A DNA stretch of 43,016 nucleotides from Bacteroidota bacterium (GCA_051746885.1 JBNJFN010000001.1:1-43016); one strand, 5' to 3'. Counted from the first letter of the stretch, positions 1 through 9,636 are shown. Notes: a model not told the origin generated them from the sequence alone. A program made the numbers and translations.

Positions 1-1
1 G

Positions 2-835
2 GGAAACTGGAGCATGAACCCCCATCAGCCCGTTGAAAGAGGACAGAAGATTTTCGGGCTGGGTTCAAATGATGCCGGTGCTTCGTTGGTTTGTCTTTTG
101 GATACTTTTATGCATTTCTATGAAAAGGAAATACCGGTAAACATCATTTTTTCAGCCACCGCTGAAGAAGAAACAGGGGGGGAAGATGGAATACAGTCAG
201 TTGTTGAAGAATTGCCTGAGATTTCACTGGGCATCATAGGGGAACCTACAGGCATGCATATGGCTGTGGGTGAGAGAGGATTACTTGTTATAGACGGTAT
301 GGTGACTGGAACTACCAAGCATGCGGCACTCGACAATCAAGATAATGCAATTTTAAATGCTATGGAGGTGTTGAAGAAACTTCAGAATATACATTTTGAA
401 AGGATATCTGAAGTCCTCGGAGATGTGCATGTTACCATTTCAGAAATTCATGCGGGGAGTCAGCATAATGTGACACCCCCGGAATGCCATTTTGTGCTTG
501 ATATTCGAATAAATGAAAAGTATACGCCACAGGAAGTTTTGACGGTCCTCGGGAAAGAACTGGATTGTAGCCTGGAAGCCCGGTCGCTGGATAAAAAAGC
601 ATCCGGTATTTCTTTGGATCATCCGATCGTTGAGAGTGCCAAAGCATTAAATATCAAAAGATACGGATCTTTAACCTTATCCAACATGGCTTATGTTTCT
701 TTTCCTTCTGTAAAGATTGGCCCCGGTGACTCAGTCAGGTCACATAAACCGGATGAATTTATATACAGACACGAGTTGGATACGGGAAAATTGTACTATA
801 AAAGATTAATAAATCAATATATATCGCTGTTATGA
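2..835 (+). CDS. M20-family deacylase, ArgE/DapE-like (5' end cut by window edge); possibly the N-acyl-citrulline/ornithine deacylase of the arginine pathway
   Basis: The reading frame is open back to nt 2. GLGSNDAGAS and SATAEEETGGEDG segments fit M20 metal-ligand regions. The stop overlaps the argH start (ATGA at 832-835), which suggests an arg operon. Bacteroidota are known to use N-succinylated arginine intermediates, so the substrate is uncertain. Confidence 0.72.
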   Translation, partial: GNWSMNPHQPVERGQKIFGLGSNDAGASLVCLLDTFMHFYEKEIPVNIIFSATAEEETGGEDGIQSVVEELPEISLGIIGEPTGMHMAVGERGLLVIDGMVTGTTKHAALDNQDNAILNAMEVLKKLQNIHFERISEVLGDVHVTISEIHAGSQHNVTPPECHFVLDIRINEKYTPQEVLTVLGKELDCSLEARSLDKKASGISLDHPIVESAKALNIKRYGSLTLSNMAYVSFPSVKIGPGDSVRSHKPDEFIYRHELDTGKLYYKRLINQYISLL

Positions 836-2163
836 AATTATGGTCGGAGAACAACAGTACGGAAGATTGGGTGTATCAACACACTACATCGGACAGAGCA
901 TTTGATGAAAAGCTTGCTCCCTTTGATATAATGGGATCAATAGCTCATCTTACAATGCTGCGAAAATGCAATTTTGTTCGTGCGAAAGAATTTGAGGTAA
1001 TGAAGGGCGAACTGATAAAGCTCTATAATGAGAGTTTAGAGGAAGGCTTTTATATTCCACAGGATGTTGAAGACATCCATTCCTATGTAGAGGCGAGTTT
1101 GACCAACAGGTTGGGTAAAGTGGGCAAGAAACTTCATACAGCACGCTCCAGAAATGACCAGGTGCTTTTGGATATCAAATTATATATCAGAAATGAAATA
1201 GAGAATATCATAGAACAGATGGATGGTTTATTCCATAAATTAATGGAATTAAGCCGAAAATATGAGTATACTTTCATGCCGGGTTATACCCACGGGCAGG
1301 TGGCCATGCCTTCTTCTTTTGGCCTGTGGTTTAGTGCTTATGCAGAGCAATTGGCGGAAGATTTGATAGGATTCCATTCGGCATTCCAACTGGCCAATAT
1401 GAATCCATTGGGCTCCGGTTCAGGGTATGGAAGTACTTTTGATATTGACCGGGAAATTACCACTTCTTTGCTGGGTTTCGATTCAATGCATTTTAATGTA
1501 GTGGGGGCACAATTGTCCCGGGGAAAGACGGAAATCCTTACTGCAAATGCCCTGGCTTTTCTTTCTACAACCTTATCCCGGTTTGCCAATGATTGCTGTC
1601 TGTTCCTGAGTCAGAATTTTGGTTTTATCTCATTAAGCGAAGATGTGACCACAGGGTCCAGCATTATGCCTCATAAAAAGAATCCGGATGTGTTTGAACT
1701 GCTGAGAGCCGATTTTAACCGGTTGAAAGCGTTACCCAATGAGATTTTTATGTATACGACAAATCTAACCACAGGGTATTCAAGGGATTTTCAGTTAACC
1801 AAACATAGCTTGTTTCCTGCCATCGACAATTTGAAGGCAAGTCTGCTTACTTTTACCAAAGCACTGGATCATATTAAGGTCAATGAGCATTTGATAGAAG
1901 ATAAGCGTTACCGTGAGGTGTTTTCAGTAAACAGAATCAAGCATTATACAGAAGAAGGTATGCCTTTTAGAGAGGCTTATCATAAAGTTTCTTCGGAAAT
2001 TAATGATGGCACCTATTCCCCTGATTACAAAATGACTTCAAATACAATCGGGAACATTGGTAATATGTGCTTTGACGGCATAGAAAACAAGTATGAACAT
2101 TACAGGAAAAAGTTCCCCTTTCGTAAGATCAGAAAATGTTTTCAGGAATTAACAGAGATTTAA
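832..2163 (+). CDS. argH: argininosuccinate lyase
   Basis: 443 aa. It has the fumarate-lyase superfamily SS-loop GSSIMPHKKNPD, plus TARSRNDQV and GYTHGQVAMP motifs. It is translationally coupled to the upstream arg gene. Confidence 0.95.
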   Translation: MKLWSENNSTEDWVYQHTTSDRAFDEKLAPFDIMGSIAHLTMLRKCNFVRAKEFEVMKGELIKLYNESLEEGFYIPQDVEDIHSYVEASLTNRLGKVGKKLHTARSRNDQVLLDIKLYIRNEIENIIEQMDGLFHKLMELSRKYEYTFMPGYTHGQVAMPSSFGLWFSAYAEQLAEDLIGFHSAFQLANMNPLGSGSGYGSTFDIDREITTSLLGFDSMHFNVVGAQLSRGKTEILTANALAFLSTTLSRFANDCCLFLSQNFGFISLSEDVTTGSSIMPHKKNPDVFELLRADFNRLKALPNEIFMYTTNLTTGYSRDFQLTKHSLFPAIDNLKASLLTFTKALDHIKVNEHLIEDKRYREVFSVNRIKHYTEEGMPFREAYHKVSSEINDGTYSPDYKMTSNTIGNIGNMCFDGIENKYEHYRKKFPFRKIRKCFQELTEI

Positions 2164-2215
2164 ACCTGGCTAAGGTGCGTTTAATCAAGCGTGTGATTTG
2201 TTCTTTTGACATAAT

Positions 2216-2367
2216 AAAGCGGTGTTTCAAATATTGGAAATTAGGGTTTATAGGTTATTAGGATTGGAAAGTGTGGAGAAAGCGAGGCAAACCTATGTGA
2301 ATTTTGGTTTGCCTCGTTAAAAATAAGGTTAGTTTTATTCTGATATTGAAATACCGCTTTTTTTTAT
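2216..2367. terminator. nested hairpin region between convergent argH and the M20 dipeptidase gene
   Basis: The outer inverted repeat is AAAGCGGTGTTTCAAATAT (2216-2234) with ATATTGAAATACCGCTTT (2343-2360), followed by a T-run. The inner perfect 11-bp stem is CGAGGCAAACC (2283-2293) with GGTTTGCCTCG (2306-2316). A T/G-rich tract lies at 2232-2278. Confidence 0.45.
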
Positions 2368-3734
2368 TTTGTTGTTTCTGAGAATTTCCGGTAAAAACGT
2401 GCAATGGTTTCTATTCCACTATAAAACTGGTCAAGCGGATAATTTTCATTCGGAGAGTGAATGGCATCAGCCTCCAGGCCAAATCCAAGAAGTATGGATT
2501 TTATATTCAATACTTGTTCAAAGGTAGCTATAATCGGTATACTCCCCCCACTTCTTACCGGAATGGGATTTTTGCCCAGTGTTTCTTCCATGGCTTCACT
2601 GGCAGCTTTATAAGCAGGTAAGTCGATGGGGCAAACATAACCCTGCCCTCCGTGAAGCTCCTTGACTTCTACCTTGACGGAATTGGGAGCAATGGATTTA
2701 ATGTAATCTTTGAATAGCCCGGCGATTTTTTTATGATCCTGATTGGGAACCAGTCGCATGGAGATTTTGGCACTTGCGGTTGACGGGAGTATGGTTTTTG
2801 CTCCTTCTCCTGTATATCCGCTCCACATTCCGTTTACATCCAGTGAAGGCCTGGTGCCTGTTCTTTCGAGGGTTGTGTAACCTGCTTCACCTTCCACTTC
2901 ATCAATATCCAGGGCCTTTTTATATTCCTCCAGGTCAAAGGGTGCTTTGTTTATTTCTTCTCTTTCTTTTTCGGTCGCTTCAATGACATCATCGTAAAAT
3001 CCGGGGATGGTAATTTTATTGTTATCATCTTTCAGTTTAGCAATCATTTCGGATAGAACATTGGCTGGATTGGCAACAGCACCCCCAAAAATGCCTGAAT
3101 GAAGGTCTTTGTTGGGGCCGGTAACATGCACTTCCATATAAGCCAGTCCCCTGAGACCGGTTGTTATGGAGGGGTGCTCCTGGCCCAGCATGCTGGTGTC
3201 CGAAACCAGTATCGTATCGGCCTGTAACATATCTTTGTTTTGCTCGCAGAACTTTCCAAGGTTGGGTGATCCTATTTCTTCTTCCCCTTCCAGCATGAAC
3301 TTTACATTACAATTTAGCGTGCCTGTTTTCACCAGCATTTCAAGAGCCTTTATGTGCATAAAGAACTGTCCCTTATCGTCATCAGCCCCTCTTGCATATA
3401 TCTTGCCATCCCTGATTTCAGGCTCGAAAGGTTTGGAATCCCATTTTTCGATAGGGTCAACCGGCATCACATCATAATGGCCGTAAACCAAAACGGTAGG
3501 TTTGTTACTGTCAATGGATTTTTCTCCATAAACCACCGGATTTCCATCGGTTGGAAGAACCTCTGCCTTATCGGCGCCTGCATCCAGAAGCTTTTGCTTT
3601 AAGGCTTCAGCCATTTTTTTCATGTCCTCTTTATGTTCCTTCTCAGAACTGATTGATGGTATGCGAATGAGTTCGAACAATTCATCGAGAAATCGTTGCC
3701 TGTTGTCTTCAATATACTTTTTAATATCTTCCAT
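2364..3734 (-). CDS. M20/M25/M40 family dipeptidase
   Basis: 456 aa. GHYDVMPVD, ARGADDDKGQ and LEGEEEIGSPN motifs are the metal ligands and catalytic residues of M20 dipeptidases. Confidence 0.85.
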   Translation of the reverse strand: MEDIKKYIEDNRQRFLDELFELIRIPSISSEKEHKEDMKKMAEALKQKLLDAGADKAEVLPTDGNPVVYGEKSIDSNKPTVLVYGHYDVMPVDPIEKWDSKPFEPEIRDGKIYARGADDDKGQFFMHIKALEMLVKTGTLNCNVKFMLEGEEEIGSPNLGKFCEQNKDMLQADTILVSDTSMLGQEHPSITTGLRGLAYMEVHVTGPNKDLHSGIFGGAVANPANVLSEMIAKLKDDNNKITIPGFYDDVIEATEKEREEINKAPFDLEEYKKALDIDEVEGEAGYTTLERTGTRPSLDVNGMWSGYTGEGAKTILPSTASAKISMRLVPNQDHKKIAGLFKDYIKSIAPNSVKVEVKELHGGQGYVCPIDLPAYKAASEAMEETLGKNPIPVRSGGSIPIIATFEQVLNIKSILLGFGLEADAIHSPNENYPLDQFYSGIETIARFYRKFSETTK

Positions 3735-3863
3735 AAGCTTTGTTTATTTGAATTTTAATGGGCTCGAATATAATAAATCTTTCATTATTTTAATTTATTT
3801 TAAATAAATTGAAGGGCGCATTTCAATTATCAGGAAATTTGCCGGGATAATATCAGAAATTGT

Positions 3864-3871
3864 TACATTTG
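3864..3871 (+). promoter_or_regulatory. candidate Bacteroidota -7 promoter box (TACATTTG) for trpB
   Basis: It matches the TAnnTTTG consensus and lies 21 nt upstream of the trpB ATG. Confidence 0.3.
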
Positions 3872-3891
3872 CTCCATTAAAAAATTGAAAT

Positions 3892-5097
3892 ATGGAGCGT
3901 ACAGACAAAGTACAGGATAATCAAACCAATCAATACACCCGCCAGGCCTATCAGAAGGGCTATTTTGGTGAGTATGGAGGCATTCATGTGCCCGGAGTAT
4001 TAAAGGAAAAGCTGGACCATTTGGCTTCTGCCTTTAATGAGATCAAGAATGAGGATCATTTTGTCGATGAGCTTAACTTTTATTATAGAGATTATATAGG
4101 CCGGCCGTCTCCTTTATATCTGGCACAGAGGCTTTCGAAACATGTTAATTCCCGGATATATTTGAAGCGTGAGGATTTGAATCATACCGGGGCCCATAAG
4201 ATCAACAATACCGTGGGCCAGATTCTGCTGGCCAAACATATTGGAGCTACTGAAATTATTGCGGAAACAGGAGCAGGTCAGCATGGTGTTGCCACAGCAA
4301 CGGCTGCAGCTTTAATGGGAATTAAGTGCAAAATTTTCATGGGGAAGAAGGATGCCGAACGCCAGCAAATGAATGTATACCGGATGAAGATTCTCGGTGC
4401 CGAGCTGTTCACAACCGACAGGGGTACGGCTACATTAAAGGATGCCATTAATGCCGCTTTGGAATATTATGTGGACCATCCCGAGGCATTTTATTTGCTT
4501 GGGTCGGCAGTAGGTCCTCATCCCTATCCCTCGATGGTCAGATATTTTCAGAGTGTGATCGGTGATGAAGCGAAACAACAGTTTCTGGAGAAGGAAAATA
4601 AGCTGCCGGACGCTGTTTTTGCCTGCGTTGGTGGGGGATCCAATGCAATTGGCATGTTCTCCGGTTTTCTGGATGACCCGGAGGTGAAAATATATGCTGC
4701 CGAAGGTGGTGGGGAAGGTGAGGTACTGCATAGAACGGCTTCCACATTGGTTATGGGAAGCCCGGTTGTATTTCAGGGCACCTACTCTTACTGTTTGGTT
4801 GATAAAGAGCATAATCCGATAGATACTTATTCCATTGCTGCAGGTTTGGATTATCCGGGTGTGGGACCGGAGCATTCCTATCTTAAGGATACCGGGAGAG
4901 CCGAATATTTTAATGTTACGGACAAAGAAGCTATTGAAGCTTTTAAGACCTTGTCCGGTCTGGAGGGAATTATTCCTGCTATCGAATCTGCTCATGCAGT
5001 TTCACTGGCCATGACGATGATGAAGGATCAGGATGCTGTGAGTATTATTAATCTCTCCGGGCGCGGGGACAAAGATATGGACAGAAAACTTATTTAG
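3892..5097 (+). CDS. trpB: tryptophan synthase beta chain (TrpB1-like), stand-alone
   Basis: 401 aa. Motifs are LNHTGAHKINN (PLP lysine), ETGAGQHGVATA and GGGSNAIGMF. No other trp gene is adjacent. Confidence 0.93.
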   Translation: MERTDKVQDNQTNQYTRQAYQKGYFGEYGGIHVPGVLKEKLDHLASAFNEIKNEDHFVDELNFYYRDYIGRPSPLYLAQRLSKHVNSRIYLKREDLNHTGAHKINNTVGQILLAKHIGATEIIAETGAGQHGVATATAAALMGIKCKIFMGKKDAERQQMNVYRMKILGAELFTTDRGTATLKDAINAALEYYVDHPEAFYLLGSAVGPHPYPSMVRYFQSVIGDEAKQQFLEKENKLPDAVFACVGGGSNAIGMFSGFLDDPEVKIYAAEGGGEGEVLHRTASTLVMGSPVVFQGTYSYCLVDKEHNPIDTYSIAAGLDYPGVGPEHSYLKDTGRAEYFNVTDKEAIEAFKTLSGLEGIIPAIESAHAVSLAMTMMKDQDAVSIINLSGRGDKDMDRKLI

Positions 5098-5126
5098 CGA
5101 AGTATATTTTTTGATGAAATTTAAAA

Positions 5127-5180
5127 GGCTGGTTTTGAATCTTTATGAAAAGGATTCAAAACCGGCCCTTTTGCGTTTTT
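5127..5180 (+). terminator. rho-independent terminator after trpB
   Basis: The 15-bp stem is GGCTGGTTTTGAATC (5127-5141) with GATTCAAAACCGGCC (5153-5167) and has one G-T pair. It is followed by CTTTTGCGTTTTT. Confidence 0.6.
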
Positions 5181-5216
5181 AAAATTATTTATTTTTGTTT
5201 CTTTAAACAGGAAAGT

Positions 5217-5849
5217 TTGGGTTCATTGGATGAAAAAATATTCGAAGGAGGGGAGAAGCTGCCTTTGGTGGAAAGGTTCTATTCAGTGCAGGGGGAAGGC
5301 TTCCATACCGGCAAACCGGCTTATTTCATCCGAATAGGGGGATGTGATATTGGATGCCATTGGTGTGATTCAAAAGTGACCTGGAATCCGGATATTCATC
5401 CTCTTGTGGATGTTCGGGAAATCAAGGAATTGGTTCAGGAAACACCAGCTAAAGCCATTGTTGTTACAGGGGGTGAGCCCAGTTTATATAATCTCGATCC
5501 CTTGTGCAATACGTTGAAATCCATTGGTGTTAAAACATATTTGGAGACATCGGGCACTGGAAATTTTTCAGGGATATGGGATTGGATATGTCTTTCACCA
5601 AAAAAACAAGAACCCCCAAAAACCGTGTTTTCTAAAGCAGCGGATGAGTTGAAAGTGATTGTATACCGATATGAAGATCTGGAGTGGGCGGAAAGAGCAG
5701 CCAAAGAGGTCTGTGGAAGGTGTGAGCTCTATCTTCAGCCAGAATGGAGCCAATATAGTGTAATTATTCCTTCAATTGTTGAATATGTGAAAGACCATCC
5801 GGAATGGAGGATTTCCCTGCAGGCCCACAAATTTATGCGGATTCCCTGA
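5217..5849 (+). CDS. queE: 7-carboxy-7-deazaguanine synthase (radical SAM)
   Basis: It has VQGEG followed by GGCDIGCHWCDSK (Cx3Cx2C). The ATG at 5145 in the ORF track lies inside the trpB terminator hairpin. An in-frame TTG at 5217 (or 5226) is therefore the more likely start. Confidence 0.82.
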   Translation: MGSLDEKIFEGGEKLPLVERFYSVQGEGFHTGKPAYFIRIGGCDIGCHWCDSKVTWNPDIHPLVDVREIKELVQETPAKAIVVTGGEPSLYNLDPLCNTLKSIGVKTYLETSGTGNFSGIWDWICLSPKKQEPPKTVFSKAADELKVIVYRYEDLEWAERAAKEVCGRCELYLQPEWSQYSVIIPSIVEYVKDHPEWRISLQAHKFMRIP

Positions 5850-5956
5850 AAGTTGAGATGAGAAAGGGGAGCGGTTCAGATTTCCCTGCACCCTGCTATA
5901 ATTTTTTATATATGGTCCCGATCATACAGCCTAAATACTGAAAATTAAGAATAACC

Positions 5957-7942
5957 ATGAAAAAATTGATATTTTTATTTATTGTCGCAATTTCCTTTTC
6001 CAGCCTGCAGGCTCAGGAACAATATTCAACCTCTTCAGATAGGGCGGCAGAGAGTATGGAAAAGGCCCTCCGGAATTATCAAATTAAGGAATATGATAAA
6101 GCTCTTGAAAATATCAGTGATGCCCTGGACAGGGATGATACGTTTATAGAGGCCTATATTGTAAGAGGCCAGGTTTATGAAGCCAAAGAAGATGATTCCC
6201 TGGCCCTGGATTCCTATAAAAAGGCTATAGGCATTGATCCGGATTTTTTTCCTAAAGTTCTTTATAGTGCGGGACTGATGGGAATGAAAATGGGCAAATA
6301 TGATCAGGCAAAAGACTATTTTAACCGTTTTATTGAGAAAGAAGACATTGGGCCTATTTTTGCTGAAAAGGCCAAAAAGCGCATTCGTTCCTGTAACTTT
6401 GCCCTGGAACAATTGGAGAATCCCGTGCCCTTTGATCCCCAAAATCTTGGAGATAAGATTAACAGTGAGTATGGAGAATACTGGCCTTCCATATCAGCCG
6501 ACGGGCAAACACTGGTCTTTACCAGGCTTATTCCCCGGGATGATCTGGATGAGGTGGAAAGCAAGATGGAGCAAGTGGATGAAGGCCGAAAGAAATTTAT
6601 GGAGTCGTTAGTGCAAAAGAGCCAGGAAGATTTTTTCATAAGCCATAAAGAAGATACGGGTTGGACGGAGGCCAAAAATCTTGGACCTCCGATCAACACC
6701 AAAAAGAATGAGGGAGCCCAAAGCTTGTCAGCAGATGGTAAAACTATGTATTTCACTGCCTGCAACAAAAAGGGAGGTAAAGGTGGTTGTGATATTTATT
6801 ATGCTAAGCTTAAGGAAACAGGCTGGAGCGATCCCGTTAACCTGGGGGCTCCTGTAAATACAAAACACTGGGAGTCGCAGCCATCCATTTCGCCTGACGG
6901 ACAAACCCTGTATTTTTCCAGCAACCGTGATAAAGGTAAAGGTAAAAAAGATTTATGGAAAAGTACCAGAAAATCCGATGGATCATGGGGTGAGCCTGTC
7001 AATTTGGGTGATAGCGTCAATACTCCGGAAGATGAAGTGGCTCCGTTTATTCATATGGATAACAAAACCCTCTACTTCGCTTCCAACGGTTGGCCAGGTA
7101 TGGGAAGCCTTGATCTTTTCAAGACCCAAAAAAAGGGGGAAGATTCCTGGGAAGAGCCCAAAAATCTTGGCTATCCAATCAATACCCATAAAAGTGAATT
7201 TGGATTGATAGTGAATTCGCAGGGATCAGATGCGTTTTATGCAAGCGACCGGCAAAAAGAGAGGGGAAAAGATATTTTCCGCTTTCAATTGTACCAGGAA
7301 ATCCGGCCTATCTCAAGCTCTTATATGAAAGGAAAAGTTTATGATTCAGATAACCAGGAACCCCTGAAAGCAAAATTCGAGCTAATCTCCCTCGATAGCG
7401 GTGATGTTGTGATGGAGTCCTATTCTGATGAACAATCGGGTGAGTTTCTCGTGTGCATCCCCTCAAATAATAATTATGTACTAAATGTTTCAAAGAAGGG
7501 ATATCTGTTTTACTCGGATAACTTTACATTGAAAGGCATCCATGAAGTAGATGAACCTTTCAGAAAGGATGTACCGTTGGATCCGGTTAAAGAAGGAGAG
7601 CGGATTGTTCTGCGCAATATATTTTATGCAACCGATTCGTCCAATCTTAAATCGGAATCCAAAGTGGAACTTAATAAATTATACCAGTTCCTTGAGGATA
7701 ACCCTGAACTTGAGATTGAGATTTCAGGACATACAGATAATGTGGGATCTGAGGAGTACAATATGGAACTGTCAAGAGAGCGGGCGCGTTCGGTGTACAA
7801 CTATCTTATTGAAAAAGGGGTAGATTCTGAGCGATTGTCATATGAAGGATACGGCGAAAGTGAACCTGTAACCACAAATGAAACTGAGGAGGGGAGAGCC
7901 GAAAACAGAAGAACAGAAATTAAGATTCTGGGAAATTTATGA
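5957..7942 (+). CDS. OmpA-family outer-membrane/peptidoglycan-associated protein with TPR-like and PD40 (TolB-like) repeats
   Basis: It has a signal peptide (MKKLIFLFIVAISFSSLQA). Four PD40-type repeats are present (SISADGQTLVF, SLSADGKTMYF, SISPDGQTLYF, MDNKTLYF). The C-terminal OmpA-like domain is GHTDNVGSEEYNMELSRERARSV...NRRTEI. Confidence 0.85.
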   Translation: MKKLIFLFIVAISFSSLQAQEQYSTSSDRAAESMEKALRNYQIKEYDKALENISDALDRDDTFIEAYIVRGQVYEAKEDDSLALDSYKKAIGIDPDFFPKVLYSAGLMGMKMGKYDQAKDYFNRFIEKEDIGPIFAEKAKKRIRSCNFALEQLENPVPFDPQNLGDKINSEYGEYWPSISADGQTLVFTRLIPRDDLDEVESKMEQVDEGRKKFMESLVQKSQEDFFISHKEDTGWTEAKNLGPPINTKKNEGAQSLSADGKTMYFTACNKKGGKGGCDIYYAKLKETGWSDPVNLGAPVNTKHWESQPSISPDGQTLYFSSNRDKGKGKKDLWKSTRKSDGSWGEPVNLGDSVNTPEDEVAPFIHMDNKTLYFASNGWPGMGSLDLFKTQKKGEDSWEEPKNLGYPINTHKSEFGLIVNSQGSDAFYASDRQKERGKDIFRFQLYQEIRPISSSYMKGKVYDSDNQEPLKAKFELISLDSGDVVMESYSDEQSGEFLVCIPSNNNYVLNVSKKGYLFYSDNFTLKGIHEVDEPFRKDVPLDPVKEGERIVLRNIFYATDSSNLKSESKVELNKLYQFLEDNPELEIEISGHTDNVGSEEYNMELSRERARSVYNYLIEKGVDSERLSYEGYGESEPVTTNETEEGRAENRRTEIKILGNL

Positions 7943-7980
7943 TAAGGGATATGAAAAAGGGAGGAAGAAAAGAATATCGG

Positions 7981-9393
7981 TTACTTCTTATCAATAAGTG
8001 ATTTGATGTGCTCTATTTGTTTTTGTTTGTTTACTTCTCTTAAGTTCAATGCTGTTTGAGTGAAGTACTGGTGATGGGATATAAATTTTAACTGCATTTT
8101 ATTCCATTCGTTGATGTTATCAATTTTATTCTGTTCTTTCAGTTCATTGTACAACGTATTGGAAACAGGTATAAAATCACTCCTGCCCAGATAATCCAGG
8201 TCAGCATCACATATGATCTTTTCGAGGAGATTACCGGGTTCAGGTGGGATTTTGGTGGCCATGATCAGGTCACAGATCCGGTCAATCTGTTCCTGGTTGT
8301 AGTGAAATTGGGGCAGGTATTCCTTGGCAAGCTGGGTACCGTAAAATTCGTGATTGTCATAAGCAATGATATGGCCGGCATCATGAAAGAGTGCTGCAGT
8401 TTTTAACAACAGAATAGCCTCATCGTCAACCCCTTCTCCGTATCCAATCAGTTCAGCCTGATTGACTACATCAATGGTATGCTTCACATTATGGTAGTAA
8501 AGGTATGAGGGAAGCTCTTTTTCCAGTTTATCTAATATTAATTCCTGTAGATCAGTGAATTGCCTGAGAAGGTATTTATTCATGAATATTTGATTGGGAT
8601 ATATTCCTACTTTCCTGTTTTGAGCAAAAGCGGGTTTTATTTTCTTTACGCGCAGTATTTCCATATCCCCCTTATATTTCACAGGAATTTTGCCATTAAA
8701 GTCACAGTTAAAAAATTGTTTGATTAACTCATAGGTCATGATAGAAACATTTATCTCTCCATATTCGCTCGCAGAAGCTATCCTTTTGGCGATATGCACG
8801 GTATCCCCTTTCAAATCATAGGAAAGCTTTTTTCTCCCATGAAAATTGGCAGTAACAGGCCCTGTATGAATGCCAATACGAAAATCCCAAAAATCCCTCT
8901 TCCCTTCTTCATCCCCGTCTTTTAAGCTCCTTATGAACTCTTTCATCTCCAAGGCTGCCAGTAGCACATCGATTGGATTGGTAATATTTTTTACCGGTAC
9001 CCCTCCCGCACACATATAAGCATCGCCAATGGTTTTAATTTTTTCTATTTTATATTTTTTGACTATCTGATTGAATTCCAGGAATATATTGTCCAATTCA
9101 TCCATGATGTCAAAGGAGTTATTCTTGTGAGCTATTTTTTTTATTCCCTGCAAATCAGCGAATAATACCGTGGCCATTTCAAATTTGAGGGAATGAGAGT
9201 TGGAGGGATGCTTAAACCCTTTCGGAAGATATTGGGATGGAATTTGTGCCAATATATTTTCCAGTTGCTCTTTTTCTTTTTGTATTTTATTTTTTTGACT
9301 GTTAAGGTCTTTAACATACGCAGTTAATTCTTTGTTCTCCTTGATAAGCTCGGAAATTCTGAAAAATAACTGTTCTTCTTTGTGTTTATCCAT
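7981..9393 (-). CDS. class III adenylate/guanylate cyclase domain fused to a C-terminal HD phosphohydrolase domain, with an N-terminal coiled coil
   Basis: 470 aa. Cyclase motifs are VLFADLQGI and KIKTIGDAYMCAGG (metal Asp residues plus Lys), then YDLKGDTVHIAKR. The HD domain is HNVKHT...AALFHDAGH. Confidence 0.8.
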   Translation of the reverse strand: MDKHKEEQLFFRISELIKENKELTAYVKDLNSQKNKIQKEKEQLENILAQIPSQYLPKGFKHPSNSHSLKFEMATVLFADLQGIKKIAHKNNSFDIMDELDNIFLEFNQIVKKYKIEKIKTIGDAYMCAGGVPVKNITNPIDVLLAALEMKEFIRSLKDGDEEGKRDFWDFRIGIHTGPVTANFHGRKKLSYDLKGDTVHIAKRIASASEYGEINVSIMTYELIKQFFNCDFNGKIPVKYKGDMEILRVKKIKPAFAQNRKVGIYPNQIFMNKYLLRQFTDLQELILDKLEKELPSYLYYHNVKHTIDVVNQAELIGYGEGVDDEAILLLKTAALFHDAGHIIAYDNHEFYGTQLAKEYLPQFHYNQEQIDRICDLIMATKIPPEPGNLLEKIICDADLDYLGRSDFIPVSNTLYNELKEQNKIDNINEWNKMQLKFISHHQYFTQTALNLREVNKQKQIEHIKSLIDKK

Positions 9394-9582
9394 CTTGTAA
9401 GCAGTTCTTTATCTCCTTAACGAAATAATGGGATACAGGGTTATAAAATTATTTGGAAATTTTTTCAGTATTCTGCCAGCAAACTTGTATGCTGGTTAAT
9501 AATTGATGATTCTCTATATCTTATGTGATTAAATGCCCTGCTTTCATTATGTTTTTATCAATAAATTTTTATATTTTGTCAA

Positions 9583-9590
9583 TAAATTTG
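9583..9590 (+). promoter_or_regulatory. candidate -7 promoter box (TAAATTTG) for the 9637 gene
   Basis: It matches TAnnTTTG in the divergent intergenic region, 47 nt upstream of the ATG. Confidence 0.25.
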
Positions 9591-9636
9591 AAGACAACAT
9601 TTTCGTTTTATTGTTAAATTAGCTTATTGTGAAAGG

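Noticed and set aside
3735-3891. Looked for a Trp leader peptide, attenuator or T-box upstream of the orphan trpB.
   Set aside because: I saw no Trp-codon-containing leader ORF, no alternative hairpins and no T-box specifier structure. Only a -7-type promoter box is present.
9558-9589. Direct repeat TCAATAAATTT x2, 21 nt apart, in the cyclase/OMP divergent intergenic region.
   Set aside because: It is short and extremely A/T-rich, and each copy overlaps a possible TAnnTTT(G/T) promoter box. It is most simply explained as two promoter-like sequences rather than a specific operator.
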